NCBI GenBank assembly: GCA_040384485.1 | Contig: JAZKJH010000002.1 | Span: 22,235 to 86,234, forward strand | Length of the DNA stretch: 64,000 bases | Source: Patescibacteria group bacterium | Lineage (GTDB): Bacteria; Patescibacteriota; Minisyncoccia; Phycocordibacterales; DATDWN01 | Direction: 5' to 3' | In this document: positions 10,014 to 20,433 of the stretch, piece after piece | Numbering within the stretch: the first letter of the stretch is position 1 | Layout of the letters: every line of letters starts with the position of its first letter | Notes under the pieces: generated by a model | Told to the model about the DNA's origin: nothing | Seen by the model: only the letters and a program-made list of their open reading frames with translations | Databases searched by the model: none | Translations under genes and position numbers: made by a program

Positions 10014-10259
10014 ATGATAAACACTAGTCCTATACTTCCGGCGAGTATAAATTTTAATTTATTTTCATTTGTGGAGGGGAATGTGCTCGGTATTATTTTG
10101 GTCCTATTTTTTTTATTTTACTGTGCGGTGAGTGTGGCATTGTTTTATCACTGGGTAAAATACGGCATGTCAGCAGGAATATACCTAGCTGAGGCGGTAT
10201 TTTTGGCTGGTTCAGTCTTGTTATTTACAGTATCCCTATTATCACTTAACTACTACTAG
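10014..10259 (+). CDS. Small membrane protein
   Basis: Two TM segments around YHWVKYG. Confidence 0.7.
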   Translation: MINTSPILPASINFNLFSFVEGNVLGIILVLFFLFYCAVSVALFYHWVKYGMSAGIYLAEAVFLAGSVLLFTVSLLSLNYY

Positions 10260-10260
10260 C

Positions 10261-10812
10261 ATGTTATATCACGCACTGAATCTAGAAAAAGATGAACATG
10301 TTATCCAAGAAGTCAGAAAGCACTGGATAGTTTTTGTGGGTCAAGGATTCGTTACAGGTTTTTTGGGTCTGTTTCCTGTTTTTTTGAAAGGGATTGTTGA
10401 TGTATTTATGCCAGGTATTTTAGACGTGCCTGTTCCTGGTAACGTAAATGCTTTATTGTTGTTTTTGTACTCTATTTGGCTTTTGTTCTTATGGTTGTGG
10501 TTCTTTATCGACTGGACCAAGTACTATCTAGATGTTTGGTATGTTACGGAAAAGCGCATCATTATCGTTAATCAGAAAAAAATTTTTGATAGAGAAGTTT
10601 CAAACCTGCGCTTCGACAAAATACAAGATATAACTTTGGATGTTCATGGTTTTTTGTCCACGCTTTTAAATTTTGGAACCATTCGAGTTCAAACAGCGAG
10701 TGAAGATAGTAAAAGCTTTCAAATCAGCGCAGTTAGATATCCAGAAAAAATTCGAAAGGTTATTTTCAGCCAACAAAATAAAAACAGTCACAACTACACT
10801 AGCAGTGCATAA
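10261..10812 (+). CDS. Bacterial PH-domain membrane protein
   Basis: VRKHW, two TM, VTEKRII, KIQDI, NFGTIRVQTA. Confidence 0.85.
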   Translation: MLYHALNLEKDEHVIQEVRKHWIVFVGQGFVTGFLGLFPVFLKGIVDVFMPGILDVPVPGNVNALLLFLYSIWLLFLWLWFFIDWTKYYLDVWYVTEKRIIIVNQKKIFDREVSNLRFDKIQDITLDVHGFLSTLLNFGTIRVQTASEDSKSFQISAVRYPEKIRKVIFSQQNKNSHNYTSSA

Positions 10813-10882
10813 CTTTATTGTGAGTGAACGCGGTGAGGTAGTATAATATATACTGTTCTTATTAATAGCATAATTTTAAATT

Positions 10883-11101
10883 ATGAAGTCATTACATATG
10901 GTAACCTTTATCCTTCTAGTTGTAGGAGGACTAAATTGGTTGTTAGTAGCATTTGGATACAACTTGGTAGATGGCATTTTTGGAGTTGATTCATCAATCT
11001 CTATGATTGTTTACATACTAGTTGGACTATCTGCTTTACATCAAGTTTTGACACACAAGAAAGGTTGCAAAGAATGTGCCCCATCTGGGTCTTCAATGTA
11101 A
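10883..11101 (+). CDS. DUF378-family small membrane protein
   Basis: VGGLNWLL and VYILVGLSA. Confidence 0.85.
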   Translation: MKSLHMVTFILLVVGGLNWLLVAFGYNLVDGIFGVDSSISMIVYILVGLSALHQVLTHKKGCKECAPSGSSM

Positions 11102-11200
11102 GTTTTCTACTTAAGAAACAAAAAACCGCCCAGGCGGTTTTTTGTTTTGAGTAAATAAAAAATCGCACAGAGACCAGTTGGTTTCTGTGCGATTGGGCTT

Positions 11201-12367
11201 TTATCCTGCAAACGGTCGGCATACCCGGCGTTTGAGGTTGTGCCATCGGAGCTCAAGAGTCTGGTGGTTTTTCGGGAGACTCTTGTAAGCGAATGCACTT
11301 TTATTTCTTTCGGTTGAACAGGCAAGAAATCTTACAGATTCTTCAAGTTCAGCTTTTCTTCGTATTTTGGCGAGTTCCACGTTTTTCCATTGTCGCTCTT
11401 TGATTTTTGGTTCGAGCTTTGTAAAGGTGTATAGTCCACCGATACCAAGAACAACGAGGACTGCAGCCCACAACACAAGAGTGTAAATTGACTTGAACTC
11501 TCGCACAATGAAGTACCAGATTCTTTCAAGTCCAACTCCTGTGTAGGAAACCAGCAGGAAATGCGTAGTCGCTAAAAGTATTCCGAAGAGAGGCGACACT
11601 AGCAGTCTGTATGACTTGTTGTTGCCTTGGGTGTCTTCAACGCACCAGTAAGAGGGGCGGGGTTTGCTTCCACTGATCCACACTTCGTCTGCGACATCAA
11701 GCTCATGTTGCCATATAGCTTTGAAGTTCAAACCTCTTGCACATAATGAGGCTAGGCAGACAAACTTGATAGTCCTGAATACTCCAATAAGGAGTGAGGT
11801 TGCTGCAACCAACATGAGTGCTGGCAGGGCAAGTACTGCTCTCTTGCGGAAGTGACAGTCATCCCGAGTCTTTCCTTCAAAACGATTGTTGATGAGCTCG
11901 GTGATCCATTTCGGCCTCTCTTTTGCGAAATGACGACTGTCCACAGTGATTTCAGTAACTGCGTCTGGACCAGCCTCAACAGGCTGAAATTGTCTCTCTA
12001 TGTGGCCTTCAGTAAACCTGATACTGCCGTTGGAAACGAGTTTGAGATAATAGTCGAATTGACTATATTTCTCTGTGAGGTTTTTGAAAAACTTCTCTGG
12101 CTCGTAGTCATCTCTTTCTTCTTTTTTTACCACCGCAACACTCGCCAAAACTTTGTGAGTGCCCGGAAAACGGAAGGTGAGGGGCATAACACCATCACTC
12201 AGGTTTCTGAGGAAGCGTTCTTCTTTGCCGTTATCGTAAACGACACAGATAATTACCTTTGCAAATTCATCCCCAATTAGTCTCTCTGCTGTCCTTTTTG
12301 ATAAGCACCAGCGAACAAAGATTGTGGGGTTTTCGGGTCTAGTACTTTCAACTAGTAATTTGATCAC
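11201..12367 (-). CDS. Hypothetical membrane protein (orphan cassette)
   Basis: GAGGA SD before in-frame GTG at 12367; TTGACA upstream; soluble N-domain followed by hydrophobic segments. Confidence 0.7.
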   Translation of the reverse strand: MIKLLVESTRPENPTIFVRWCLSKRTAERLIGDEFAKVIICVVYDNGKEERFLRNLSDGVMPLTFRFPGTHKVLASVAVVKKEERDDYEPEKFFKNLTEKYSQFDYYLKLVSNGSIRFTEGHIERQFQPVEAGPDAVTEITVDSRHFAKERPKWITELINNRFEGKTRDDCHFRKRAVLALPALMLVAATSLLIGVFRTIKFVCLASLCARGLNFKAIWQHELDVADEVWISGSKPRPSYWCVEDTQGNNKSYRLLVSPLFGILLATTHFLLVSYTGVGLERIWYFIVREFKSIYTLVLWAAVLVVLGIGGLYTFTKLEPKIKERQWKNVELAKIRRKAELEESVRFLACSTERNKSAFAYKSLPKNHQTLELRWHNLKRRVCRPFAG

Positions 12368-12492
12368 GAGTCCTCTTCTCTTGTTTGGCGTAATTGCCAA
12401 CGAACGAAATTCTGCTCAAAACAATATAGTATTTATTATCTTTGTCAAATAAAAACTACCCAGTTGTCGCAGTGACAAAAGGGTAGTTATTA

Positions 12493-12714
12493 CTAAACAT
12501 CGAGGTACATCTCGTCTGCAGTCGGGATGTGCCGCACTGGTGGGAATGCCTTGCTCCAGCAGGTTGGGCAACGTTGCCCACTGCATTCAATGTACAACCC
12601 CATACGACGCGGGTGATCTATGTGTAAGTTCCATGGAAACCCCATATCGACTCCACACCCTTTGCACGTTTCGTTCTCAACTGTCGACGCTTTTTGCTCC
12701 AACTGTTGTTCCAT
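12493..12714 (-). CDS. Small Zn-finger-like protein (cassette)
   Basis: AAGGAG SD; CKGC and CPTC motifs; TTGACA upstream. Confidence 0.65.
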   Translation of the reverse strand: MEQQLEQKASTVENETCKGCGVDMGFPWNLHIDHPRRMGLYIECSGQRCPTCWSKAFPPVRHIPTADEMYLDV

Positions 12715-12835
12715 AGTATCTCCTTGGAGAGTTTACGAACGGATACAGAAAACGATATCTAGGTATAATTCAATATTAAATGAGCATTTGTGTCAAGTAA
12801 GCAGTCTGGTAGATTGGTTGTATCCAACAACTAGC

Positions 12836-13192
12836 TTATTTCTTAGCAGGTTTTCTTTTCGGAGTTACTTTTTTACCACTTAGAACTTTCCAGTGCTTTT
12901 TTAGATCAGTAGCTAGGTCAGCTATTTCTTCATTGGTAGCTTTCTTTGCTTTTTCGTATTTTGAAGCAATCTCGTCTATCACTTGTGTATATTTTACTTC
13001 GTTCATGTCTTTAGCCATCTCAAGTTTTTCAATAACATCTGCTTTCATTTTTATGGCCCAGGCTTTAGCATACTTCTGGTGCTTTTTTCCTTTCGGTCCT
13101 AGGAAAAAGTAAGCTGTTGCAGCTATTCCCGCGATTCCTAGTCCAACTAATGCTGTTTTTACTCCGTCATCGTTTTTTGTTGCTTTTTTCAT
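12836..13192 (-). CDS. YtxH-like membrane-anchored protein
   Basis: N-terminal TM ending AYFFLGPKGKK followed by a charged helical region. Confidence 0.6.
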   Translation of the reverse strand: MKKATKNDDGVKTALVGLGIAGIAATAYFFLGPKGKKHQKYAKAWAIKMKADVIEKLEMAKDMNEVKYTQVIDEIASKYEKAKKATNEEIADLATDLKKHWKVLSGKKVTPKRKPAKK

Positions 13193-13206
13193 TTTATGTA
13201 TTTTAT

Positions 13207-13470
13207 TTAATTATCTTTTTTAATTTTTCTTTTAGTACTGCTCTTTGGGAATAGAAACCGAAACAAAATGTTTCTTTCAAACCTATCAACCAAATCAGTT
13301 ACGAACTCCTCGGATTCGTTATAACTATTCTTTAATAAATTCGACAATTCGCGCAAATTTCTAGCTGCTTTTATTAAGTAGAAAAACAGAATTGATAAAA
13401 GGATTGTGAGTATAACTGTTGCTGTCGAAGATATAAAAAAGAATATGTCTGCTTTTATAAGTGAATCCAT
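13207..13470 (-). CDS. Small membrane protein
   Basis: DIFFFISS TM followed by a coiled region; in operon with neighbours. Confidence 0.7.
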   Translation of the reverse strand: MDSLIKADIFFFISSTATVILTILLSILFFYLIKAARNLRELSNLLKNSYNESEEFVTDLVDRFERNILFRFLFPKSSTKRKIKKDN

Positions 13471-13479
13471 GTTTTAATG

Positions 13480-13833
13480 TTATTCTTGGTTTTCTAATTT
13501 AACTGCTGCTTCCGGAGTAGATACAGTTTTACTCATTAGGAAGATTTTTATAATACCGATGGCTATTACCCAATATACAAACATAGCCAATAATGTTGTC
13601 CACTCAAATATACTACCAGAAACTCGTGAAGTTTTAAATACGGATATGAAAGGGTATACGAAAGGGTGTGAGACGGTGTAGATAATATCAGTAAATGCTG
13701 CTCCGGTGTTGGCTCCCAATAATTTCATTGCAAAACGGAAGGCTAGAAGTACCTCAATAAAACCCAAGATATACCATGTTATTTGTGTTCCTCGAAAAAG
13801 CGGTTTTGTAGAAGGTGAGCTATAAGAATCCAT
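13480..13833 (-). CDS. YggT-family membrane protein
   Basis: LLAFRFAMKLLGAN, IYTVSHPFVYPF; ATG at 13833. Confidence 0.8.
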   Translation of the reverse strand: MDSYSSPSTKPLFRGTQITWYILGFIEVLLAFRFAMKLLGANTGAAFTDIIYTVSHPFVYPFISVFKTSRVSGSIFEWTTLLAMFVYWVIAIGIIKIFLMSKTVSTPEAAVKLENQE

Positions 13834-13973
13834 ATGTTTATTATTTAATGTTAATTTAATAATTATGTTCCTATTTTGTGTGATAGTCAATGCTATAGCT
13901 CTTAGGCTGTGAATAAGGTTGTTAACGTTAAGTTAATGGAGACTTTACTATTTTTTGGATATATAGTATAAAT

Positions 13974-14651
13974 ATGGATATGACAATTTTAATAATCGAG
14001 GATGAAAAGAAGCTGGTAGATATACTGAAAAAAGCGCTTAAAAGCGAGCGGTATTCTGTCGACACTGCGCTCGATGGACAGGAGGGACTAAGTAAGGCAA
14101 AAAAGAATAAATATGAATTAATCATACTGGATCTTATGTTACCTAAAAAGGATGGGATTGAAATTTGTAAAGAACTTAGAGCCGGCAATATCCATACTCC
14201 TATTATTATGCTAACAGCGATGGGCACAGTGGATGACAGAGTAAAAGGTTTGAATATCGGAGCTGATGATTACCTAGTAAAGCCTTTTGGTATCAATGAA
14301 CTATTCGCGAGAATACGTGCAGTTCTGCGAAGAAGAAAAACAACAGATTCAGATGTCTGGAAAGTAGGGGATTTGGTAATGGACAAAGTAAGACATGAGG
14401 TAACTCGAGCTGGAAAACTAGTTGAGCTTACACCAAAAGAGTATAAAATTTTAAACACCCTAATAACACATACTGGAGAAGCGATAAGTCGAGAACAACT
14501 AATAAATGATGTATGGGGTCCGGCATTCAAAGAGTCCAACAACGAGCTCAACGTGCATGTACGATATCTAAGAAAGAAAATAGAAAAGAAAGGTGCAAAA
14601 CCTCTAGTTCACACCGTTCGAGGAGTCGGCTTTATGATCAAGGATAAGTAG
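13974..14651 (+). CDS. OmpR-family response regulator
   Basis: IIEDE, LDLMLP, GADDYLVKPF, LTPKEY, TVRGVG. Confidence 0.95.
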   Translation: MDMTILIIEDEKKLVDILKKALKSERYSVDTALDGQEGLSKAKKNKYELIILDLMLPKKDGIEICKELRAGNIHTPIIMLTAMGTVDDRVKGLNIGADDYLVKPFGINELFARIRAVLRRRKTTDSDVWKVGDLVMDKVRHEVTRAGKLVELTPKEYKILNTLITHTGEAISREQLINDVWGPAFKESNNELNVHVRYLRKKIEKKGAKPLVHTVRGVGFMIKDK

Positions 14652-14701
14652 CTCTTTCCTTATCTACCATTATGTGGTATAGATGTAGTTAGATAGGGGG
14701 A

Positions 14702-15550
14702 GTGATGACAAAACAAGTAGCCGGCCTTAAGCAAAAACTAGAGGTCAGTCTTGGCCTCTCTCAGTTAGCTATCCAAAAAATGGAAAGCAAGTGGAATGAA
14801 ATTGTGGAGAATGATCCATACGCCTTTATCCCACATGAACTCAAAGGAAAAATGTCCACCTCGGATGCTTTTTTGGAGAACATGCGGTTTGGAAGTTTTT
14901 CATCCAGCGCCTTTGCTAAAGTGCTTCGTACTTCTAATACACTCGACAGACGACGAAGATACCTAGAAGGTAAAAAACTCGTTGCTGTTGGTGGTGGGAG
15001 GGCCTACGACGCCAATTGGATTGAGGAAGCTGTGTTGTACGGGGGCTTGGGTGTAACATGGGTGGATGTTTCGGAAAAAGCTTGTGAGTTCTTACGACGC
15101 AGTGTCGAAGAGCAGTTTGTGAGATTGGAGAGGAATAAACATATCCATTTCATAGACAGGTTACGACCAAAGGTTGTTAAAGCGGAGATCAGAACTGCAC
15201 TTTTAAACCCTAGTCTGATTGATTTACCAGATCTTACTTCTGTTGAGGTCTGGTATCTCGCAAGGACACTGGGATGTCTGTCCACCCGTTCAGCGAAAAT
15301 TGTGCTGAGGCTTATGGGTCAGTCACTTTCAAGTGAAAGCGATCCCTTCAAGGAAAACTGCATATTTATTGTAAGTGCCTTGCGGGACGACAACCCATCT
15401 AGAGTTGCTAAATCGAGTAAGCTTTATACTCTCAACACAATCAAATCCAACCTTCGACTTGGGTCAAAGCGTCAAGTTAAGGCTGAAATTATTGAGCGAC
15501 ATTCCTACTTTGGGCAGGAATACTCAGCCGTTCTGTTTAGAGCGAAGTAA
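14702..15550 (+). CDS. Hypothetical protein with SAM-methyltransferase-like motifs (cassette)
   Basis: LVAVGGGRAYD and VTWVDVSEKA resemble class I MTase motifs; GGGGGAG SD; own terminator. Confidence 0.55.
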   Translation: MMTKQVAGLKQKLEVSLGLSQLAIQKMESKWNEIVENDPYAFIPHELKGKMSTSDAFLENMRFGSFSSSAFAKVLRTSNTLDRRRRYLEGKKLVAVGGGRAYDANWIEEAVLYGGLGVTWVDVSEKACEFLRRSVEEQFVRLERNKHIHFIDRLRPKVVKAEIRTALLNPSLIDLPDLTSVEVWYLARTLGCLSTRSAKIVLRLMGQSLSSESDPFKENCIFIVSALRDDNPSRVAKSSKLYTLNTIKSNLRLGSKRQVKAEIIERHSYFGQEYSAVLFRAK

Positions 15551-15590
15551 AAATGGCGGATGAGAGCAACATTGCTCTCATCCGCCATTT
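15551..15590 (+). terminator. Long perfect hairpin / terminator
   Basis: AAATGGCGGATGAGAGCAA-ca-TTGCTCTCATCCGCCATTT. Confidence 0.75.
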
Positions 15591-15614
15591 ATTGTATTGT
15601 AGTAGTATATTTAT

Positions 15615-17204
15615 ATGATTTCTGATCAAATTACTCAAATCAATCAAACAGTACTGGATTGTCTTCGTAAGCCAGATGAGGCAAGTGTAGTAAAGGCTTT
15701 TACTGAGGTAGGGTTAAAAACTCTCGGGGCAGATTATGGGTTTGTGTGGCTTAACTCACTAGACTCAAATGAGCTTGAACTAGTATATAAAACGAGTGGA
15801 CTTCCTTTTGAGCCACATAAACCAAGAGAAGGTGGAAGAAATTATACTGCCTTGGAAAGTGCAGTTCCTGACTTCGTGGACAATATCGAAGACAAACCGG
15901 ATGCTAACTATCTAGATGGGTTTATAAAAAGTTTCGTAATAATTCCTCTAACTTACAAAGAGAAAGTTTACGGCACTATGGTTCTTTGTTTTAAAAATAA
16001 AGAACTTTTTTCAAAAGAGAAGAGAACTCTCTGTGTTTTTATTGGAAATAGTGCGGCTCAAGCTATAACTATAAATCGTCTTGTTTCAAAAGAACATATC
16101 GCACGACTTGCTTCCGAGCAACAAGAAGCTTATTTTCGAGCTCTTATCGAGAACAGTTATGAGGTTATAGTTTTGATAGATCGTAACGGGACTATTCTAT
16201 ATATTAGTCCATCCGTATACAAAGTTTTTGGACATAAAGCATCCAATCTTTTGGGAGAAAAAGTAGGGGATTTTGTATACCAAAGTAATCCAGAAAAAGT
16301 GACTGGATATCTTGAAAAAATTGTAGATGCGCCAAGCGTAATACACGCCATAGAATTTCACTATACTCAAAAAGACGGTACCGTTTGTACTATGGAGTGC
16401 AACGCCTTAAATCTTTTGAATAATCCTCATGTAAAAGGGATAGTACTAAACGTTCGTGACATAACAGAGCAAAAAAAAGCAGAAATTTTAAGAGCTGCTC
16501 AAATCCAGTTAAAGGAAGAGAAACAAAAGAACCAGTTTATTGCCAATGCTGCGCACGAATTCCGAACACCACTTTCCATAATAAAAGGCAATGCTGAGTT
16601 ATCTCTCAGGGAAAAGAACGCTTCAGTAAAATCTCTAAGAAGTACCTTGCGAGCAATCAACGTAGAGGTGGATCACCTCGCTTGTTTAGTTTCTGATATG
16701 GCCCTGCTCACAAACAGAATAGACCATCTTCAAAATATGTCCAATAAGGAAAAAGTGAACCTCAGTGAGTTGATTGCTGTTTTAGTAAAGAGAGTAACAG
16801 TATTAGCTGAGGAAAGAGAGATAGGAGTCAAATTTAAAAACCTGGAAGATGTATATGTTTTAGGTGATGTGGGTTATTTGGATAAGCTTTTTATTAACCT
16901 TATAAAAAACGCAATTATATACGGTAAAAAGAAAGGGTATGTATCTATTGAGATCACTAAGGTGAAGAATCAAGTTTCTGTTAGGATTGAGGATAACGGT
17001 ATCGGAATTTCTAAAGACGATCTTCCACATATTTTTGAAAGATTCTATCGAGCAGATAAATCCCGCACAGGTAGAGAGAGTGGAACTGGACTAGGACTCG
17101 CAATAGTAAAATGGATTGTTATTGCTCACGGAGGGAACATAACAGTAGAAAGTGCTGAAGGAGAAGGTACTATTTTCCTGGTTACGCTACCTACATTAAA
17201 CTAG
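15615..17204 (+). CDS. Cytoplasmic GAF-PAS sensor histidine kinase
   Basis: GAF and PAS regions, AHEFRTPL H-box, NLIKNA, DNGIGI, GTGLGL; no TM. Confidence 0.93.
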   Translation: MISDQITQINQTVLDCLRKPDEASVVKAFTEVGLKTLGADYGFVWLNSLDSNELELVYKTSGLPFEPHKPREGGRNYTALESAVPDFVDNIEDKPDANYLDGFIKSFVIIPLTYKEKVYGTMVLCFKNKELFSKEKRTLCVFIGNSAAQAITINRLVSKEHIARLASEQQEAYFRALIENSYEVIVLIDRNGTILYISPSVYKVFGHKASNLLGEKVGDFVYQSNPEKVTGYLEKIVDAPSVIHAIEFHYTQKDGTVCTMECNALNLLNNPHVKGIVLNVRDITEQKKAEILRAAQIQLKEEKQKNQFIANAAHEFRTPLSIIKGNAELSLREKNASVKSLRSTLRAINVEVDHLACLVSDMALLTNRIDHLQNMSNKEKVNLSELIAVLVKRVTVLAEEREIGVKFKNLEDVYVLGDVGYLDKLFINLIKNAIIYGKKKGYVSIEITKVKNQVSVRIEDNGIGISKDDLPHIFERFYRADKSRTGRESGTGLGLAIVKWIVIAHGGNITVESAEGEGTIFLVTLPTLN

Positions 17205-17260
17205 CATTAAGTTATTCACAGTTTATAAACATATTATCCTAATTCAGGCCTGTTTTTTCG

Positions 17261-17320
17261 TTGACTTACTGGTTTTCTGATAATAGAATATTAATATTAG
17301 ATTAAATATCTAATACATTA
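17261..17320 (+). promoter_or_regulatory. Promoter with palindromic element shared with 28308-28368
   Basis: TTGACT-N17-TAGAAT followed by ATTAGAT-taaat-ATCTAAT. Confidence 0.7.
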
Positions 17321-17343
17321 GTAACTGTAATTAAAACAAATAT

Positions 17344-17604
17344 ATGTTAACCAAACTTAAAGTACTCACTAAAAAGTGGGCCAAACAAGAGGGGGGTAGA
17401 TTCCCAAAAACCAAAAATTTTAGAGCTCTAACTATGTGTAAGCAATGCTACACATTCTATTATAAAAACTCATGGCACTTTGAAATGCCTAACGAGATAG
17501 ATGGTGATAGCGAAACTCAAGTTCCAGTAAGATTTACTCAGTGTCCAGCATGCATAGAGCAAGAGCTAGCATTATACGATACAGAATCTGGGGCTTTTGC
17601 TTAG
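17344..17604 (+). CDS. Small Zn-binding protein (CxxC...W...CPAC, BCAM0308-like N-domain)
   Basis: CKQC...YKNSWH...CPAC. Confidence 0.6.
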   Translation: MLTKLKVLTKKWAKQEGGRFPKTKNFRALTMCKQCYTFYYKNSWHFEMPNEIDGDSETQVPVRFTQCPACIEQELALYDTESGAFA

Positions 17605-17640
17605 ATATTAGTATCCTTTATCATTTAACCTGTAAACAAC

Positions 17641-17751
17641 ATGGACTTAAGAAAAATGACCAAGTATCAATCTAACGATTTTGATCGAGCGATGGGATGG
17701 GCTACCTTTGCCTGGCTCTGCTTATTCTCTATCGTACTTGCACTAATATAA
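17641..17751 (+). CDS. 36-aa putative membrane peptide (not in ORF track)
   Basis: MDLRKMTKYQSNDFDRAMGWATFAWLCLFSIVLALI, lies before the terminator. Confidence 0.4.
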   Translation: MDLRKMTKYQSNDFDRAMGWATFAWLCLFSIVLALI

Positions 17752-17827
17752 AAATGTACATTCCTAAATTTGCTAAATAAAATAACAGCCCTCGAGCTGT
17801 TATTTTTTTATCATTATTTTAAATTAC

Positions 17828-20086
17828 TTAATACAGGACTAGCTCGGTTGACGTAGATATTATTTGTATATCAGTTGATGTTCCAGTTATAGGAGACGGT
17901 TCAGGTGTAAGTGTTGCGAGTGCCCACGCTTGGACTGGATATTCCCATAATGCAAACTGTGGGTCTCTCCACGGGTTCTGAGGTTCACCTTCTTGAGGAT
18001 TTTCCTTGTTTACCCAGTAAAGGATATCGTGAACTCCGAGTTCGGGGCTTGGGTTCCAGTTGCCTTTTAATACTTCAGGAATCTCAGCAAACTCAGCCAT
18101 AGGAGTTGGTTTTGTGAAAGGTTTAGAAGGGTAGTTTTTTTTCATTGCATAGTCCATAACCTCGTGCCATAAAGGCGCCGCACTAGCTTCTGCAATTCTT
18201 CGAAGCATCGGGCTGTTGTCGTTGTTTCCAGCCCAAACACCAATAGCTATGGAGCTGTTGTAGCCAATTATCCATGCATCTCTGAAGTCGTTGGTAGTTC
18301 CAGTTTTAGCCGCGACTTGTGCGTTAGGAAAGTACAAAGCAGAGTTCCATCCGAATTCCGGTGCTCTAGCAGGATTGTCCGACAAGATATCTGAAATAGT
18401 TCTAGCAATCTCTACATCCAAGACTTGTGTGCTTGATGTGGTATACGTTTCCAATATCTCACCTTTACTATTTTCAACAGAAAGTATTCCCGTTGTAGGA
18501 TTCTTTACACCGTCGTTGGCAAATACACCATAGGCTCCCGTGATATCTAGAAGTGTGACTTCACCTCCTCCCAATACCAGTGATAAACCAAAACGATTTC
18601 TTTGTCCCAAGGTGCTTATTCCCAAAGATTCAGCCATATCGATTGAATCATTTATTCCTGCCAAGTACAAAACTTTAACGGAAGCTATGTTTACTGACTG
18701 TGCCAATGCACTTCTCATGCTAATTGGCCCGTGGATCTTGTCTCCATAGTTGCTCGGTGAGTAACAGATGTCGGTAGTGACAAAGTTATTGGGTTCACAA
18801 GCAGTAGAAAATTGGGTTTTAAGGTCAAAAATTATAGTCTCAGGAGTGTATCCTTTTTTGAAAGCTGTAGCATAGGCAAAAGGCTTAAAAGAGGATCCCG
18901 GCTGTCTCTTTGCAACAGCAATATTTACCATGCCGTCTATTTTTTTATCAAAATATCCGCGTGATCCAACCATGGCTAGAATATGTCCAGTCTTCGGCTC
19001 AATAGCAACTAACCCAGCGTTAGATGCACGCAATCTTGTTTCGTTCTGTAGGGCTTTTTTTGTAAGTAGTTCCTCAGACTTTTTTTGTAGATCCCAATCT
19101 AGTGTTGTGATAACTTTTAATCCTCCTTTTTCTACCAGGTCGGCACCATATTTTTTGATTAGCTGGTCTTTAATATAGAACACAAAATGGGGAGCTTTGA
19201 TTCCTAAGTTGGTTCTGTCAGAAAACTCAACTTTTTCAGCTAGTGCAATGTTGTATTCCTCCTCTGTTATGTAACCCTCTTTTTGCATCTCTTTTAGGAT
19301 CATGTTTTTTCGGCTCTCAAGTAGATCTCTATTTTTACCATATGGAGAGTAAAAAGTTGGACCTTTTGGTAATGCAGCTAAGTATGCTGATTGTTCAATA
19401 GATAGGTCTTTTGCATTTACACCAAAGTAATACTGGCTAGCTTCTTCTACTCCATAAACAACTCCACCATATGGAGTTTCATTGAGGTAAGCTTCAAGTA
19501 TCTCGTCTTTAGTATATTTTTGTTCCAAGCGTATAGCCAGTATAACCTCCTTAAGTTTTCGACTTATTGTTTTTTCGTTTGAGAGTAGGGTGTTCTTAAC
19601 TAGCTGTTGAGTTATAGTGGAACCACCTTGCTCAAGTTCCCATGAACTCAAATCCTCTTTGAGGGCTCGGATTATAGCGGTTACGCTAAAACCGGAATGT
19701 TTATAAAAATCTTTGTCTTCTGTGGCAATGGTCGCTTTCAGCATATGAGGTGCAATTTCATTTAAATCCACCTGAGTTCTTCTAACCTCTCCGTGGATAT
19801 CATATAAAAGAATTTTACCAGTTCTGTCATATATCTTCGTCGATTCGGTGACTTGTCTGTTGTGGAAATTCTCAATGTGGGGTAGGGGTCTAAAGAAAGT
19901 CCAGACAACAAAAATAAAAAAAAGTGCAAAAAAGGAGTACAACACTTTTAAAACAACCTTCTTATCTGAGAGATTATATTTTTGGGCAACCAACTGCACC
20001 TTGTTTTCTGCCTGGTTAAATTTTACCAAAAACATTTTCCAGTACTTTTTTATTGAAACTTTTATTTTTTTCTTATCGATTATCAT
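17828..20086 (-). CDS. Class A penicillin-binding protein (PBP1A family)
   Basis: EDKDFY, GGSTITQQLVKN, SSFK, SVN, KTGT. Confidence 0.95.
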   Translation of the reverse strand: MIIDKKKIKVSIKKYWKMFLVKFNQAENKVQLVAQKYNLSDKKVVLKVLYSFFALFFIFVVWTFFRPLPHIENFHNRQVTESTKIYDRTGKILLYDIHGEVRRTQVDLNEIAPHMLKATIATEDKDFYKHSGFSVTAIIRALKEDLSSWELEQGGSTITQQLVKNTLLSNEKTISRKLKEVILAIRLEQKYTKDEILEAYLNETPYGGVVYGVEEASQYYFGVNAKDLSIEQSAYLAALPKGPTFYSPYGKNRDLLESRKNMILKEMQKEGYITEEEYNIALAEKVEFSDRTNLGIKAPHFVFYIKDQLIKKYGADLVEKGGLKVITTLDWDLQKKSEELLTKKALQNETRLRASNAGLVAIEPKTGHILAMVGSRGYFDKKIDGMVNIAVAKRQPGSSFKPFAYATAFKKGYTPETIIFDLKTQFSTACEPNNFVTTDICYSPSNYGDKIHGPISMRSALAQSVNIASVKVLYLAGINDSIDMAESLGISTLGQRNRFGLSLVLGGGEVTLLDITGAYGVFANDGVKNPTTGILSVENSKGEILETYTTSSTQVLDVEIARTISDILSDNPARAPEFGWNSALYFPNAQVAAKTGTTNDFRDAWIIGYNSSIAIGVWAGNNDNSPMLRRIAEASAAPLWHEVMDYAMKKNYPSKPFTKPTPMAEFAEIPEVLKGNWNPSPELGVHDILYWVNKENPQEGEPQNPWRDPQFALWEYPVQAWALATLTPEPSPITGTSTDIQIISTSTELVLY

Positions 20087-20188
20087 AGCTAAGGAGTTTA
20101 GATTTTAATATATTCTTAATATCCTACATTTTAAAAAAATAAAGTCAATTTTTTGGTGTATAAGGTGGGGATATTTGTCGTATATTTT

Positions 20189-20213
20189 GACGCTCGCGGT
20201 GTCAATATATTAC
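20189..20213 (-). promoter_or_regulatory. Putative ECF-sigma promoter for the PBP1A gene
   Basis: GTAAT-N16-CGTC on the minus strand. Confidence 0.6.
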
Positions 20214-20345
20214 TACTCTAAATTATTATTTACATTAAAACTAGATTAAAGTCGTTTTATGTGTTGTAAAGGTTTTTTGGAGTTGATTTTTATCAATATT
20301 AAGTTTATATTAAATAGAGTACTGGAATACAAACTCTCGCTTTTC

Positions 20346-20370
20346 GTAAGAAAGGCACTTAGAGGGCGTC
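20346..20370 (+). promoter_or_regulatory. Putative ECF-sigma promoter
   Basis: GTAAG-N16-CGTC. Confidence 0.7.
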
Positions 20371-20433
20371 TTCTAAGTTACATGAGTTACTTACTTAACT
20401 CATAAATATTTATTAGTAAATTAATTTTTAATC

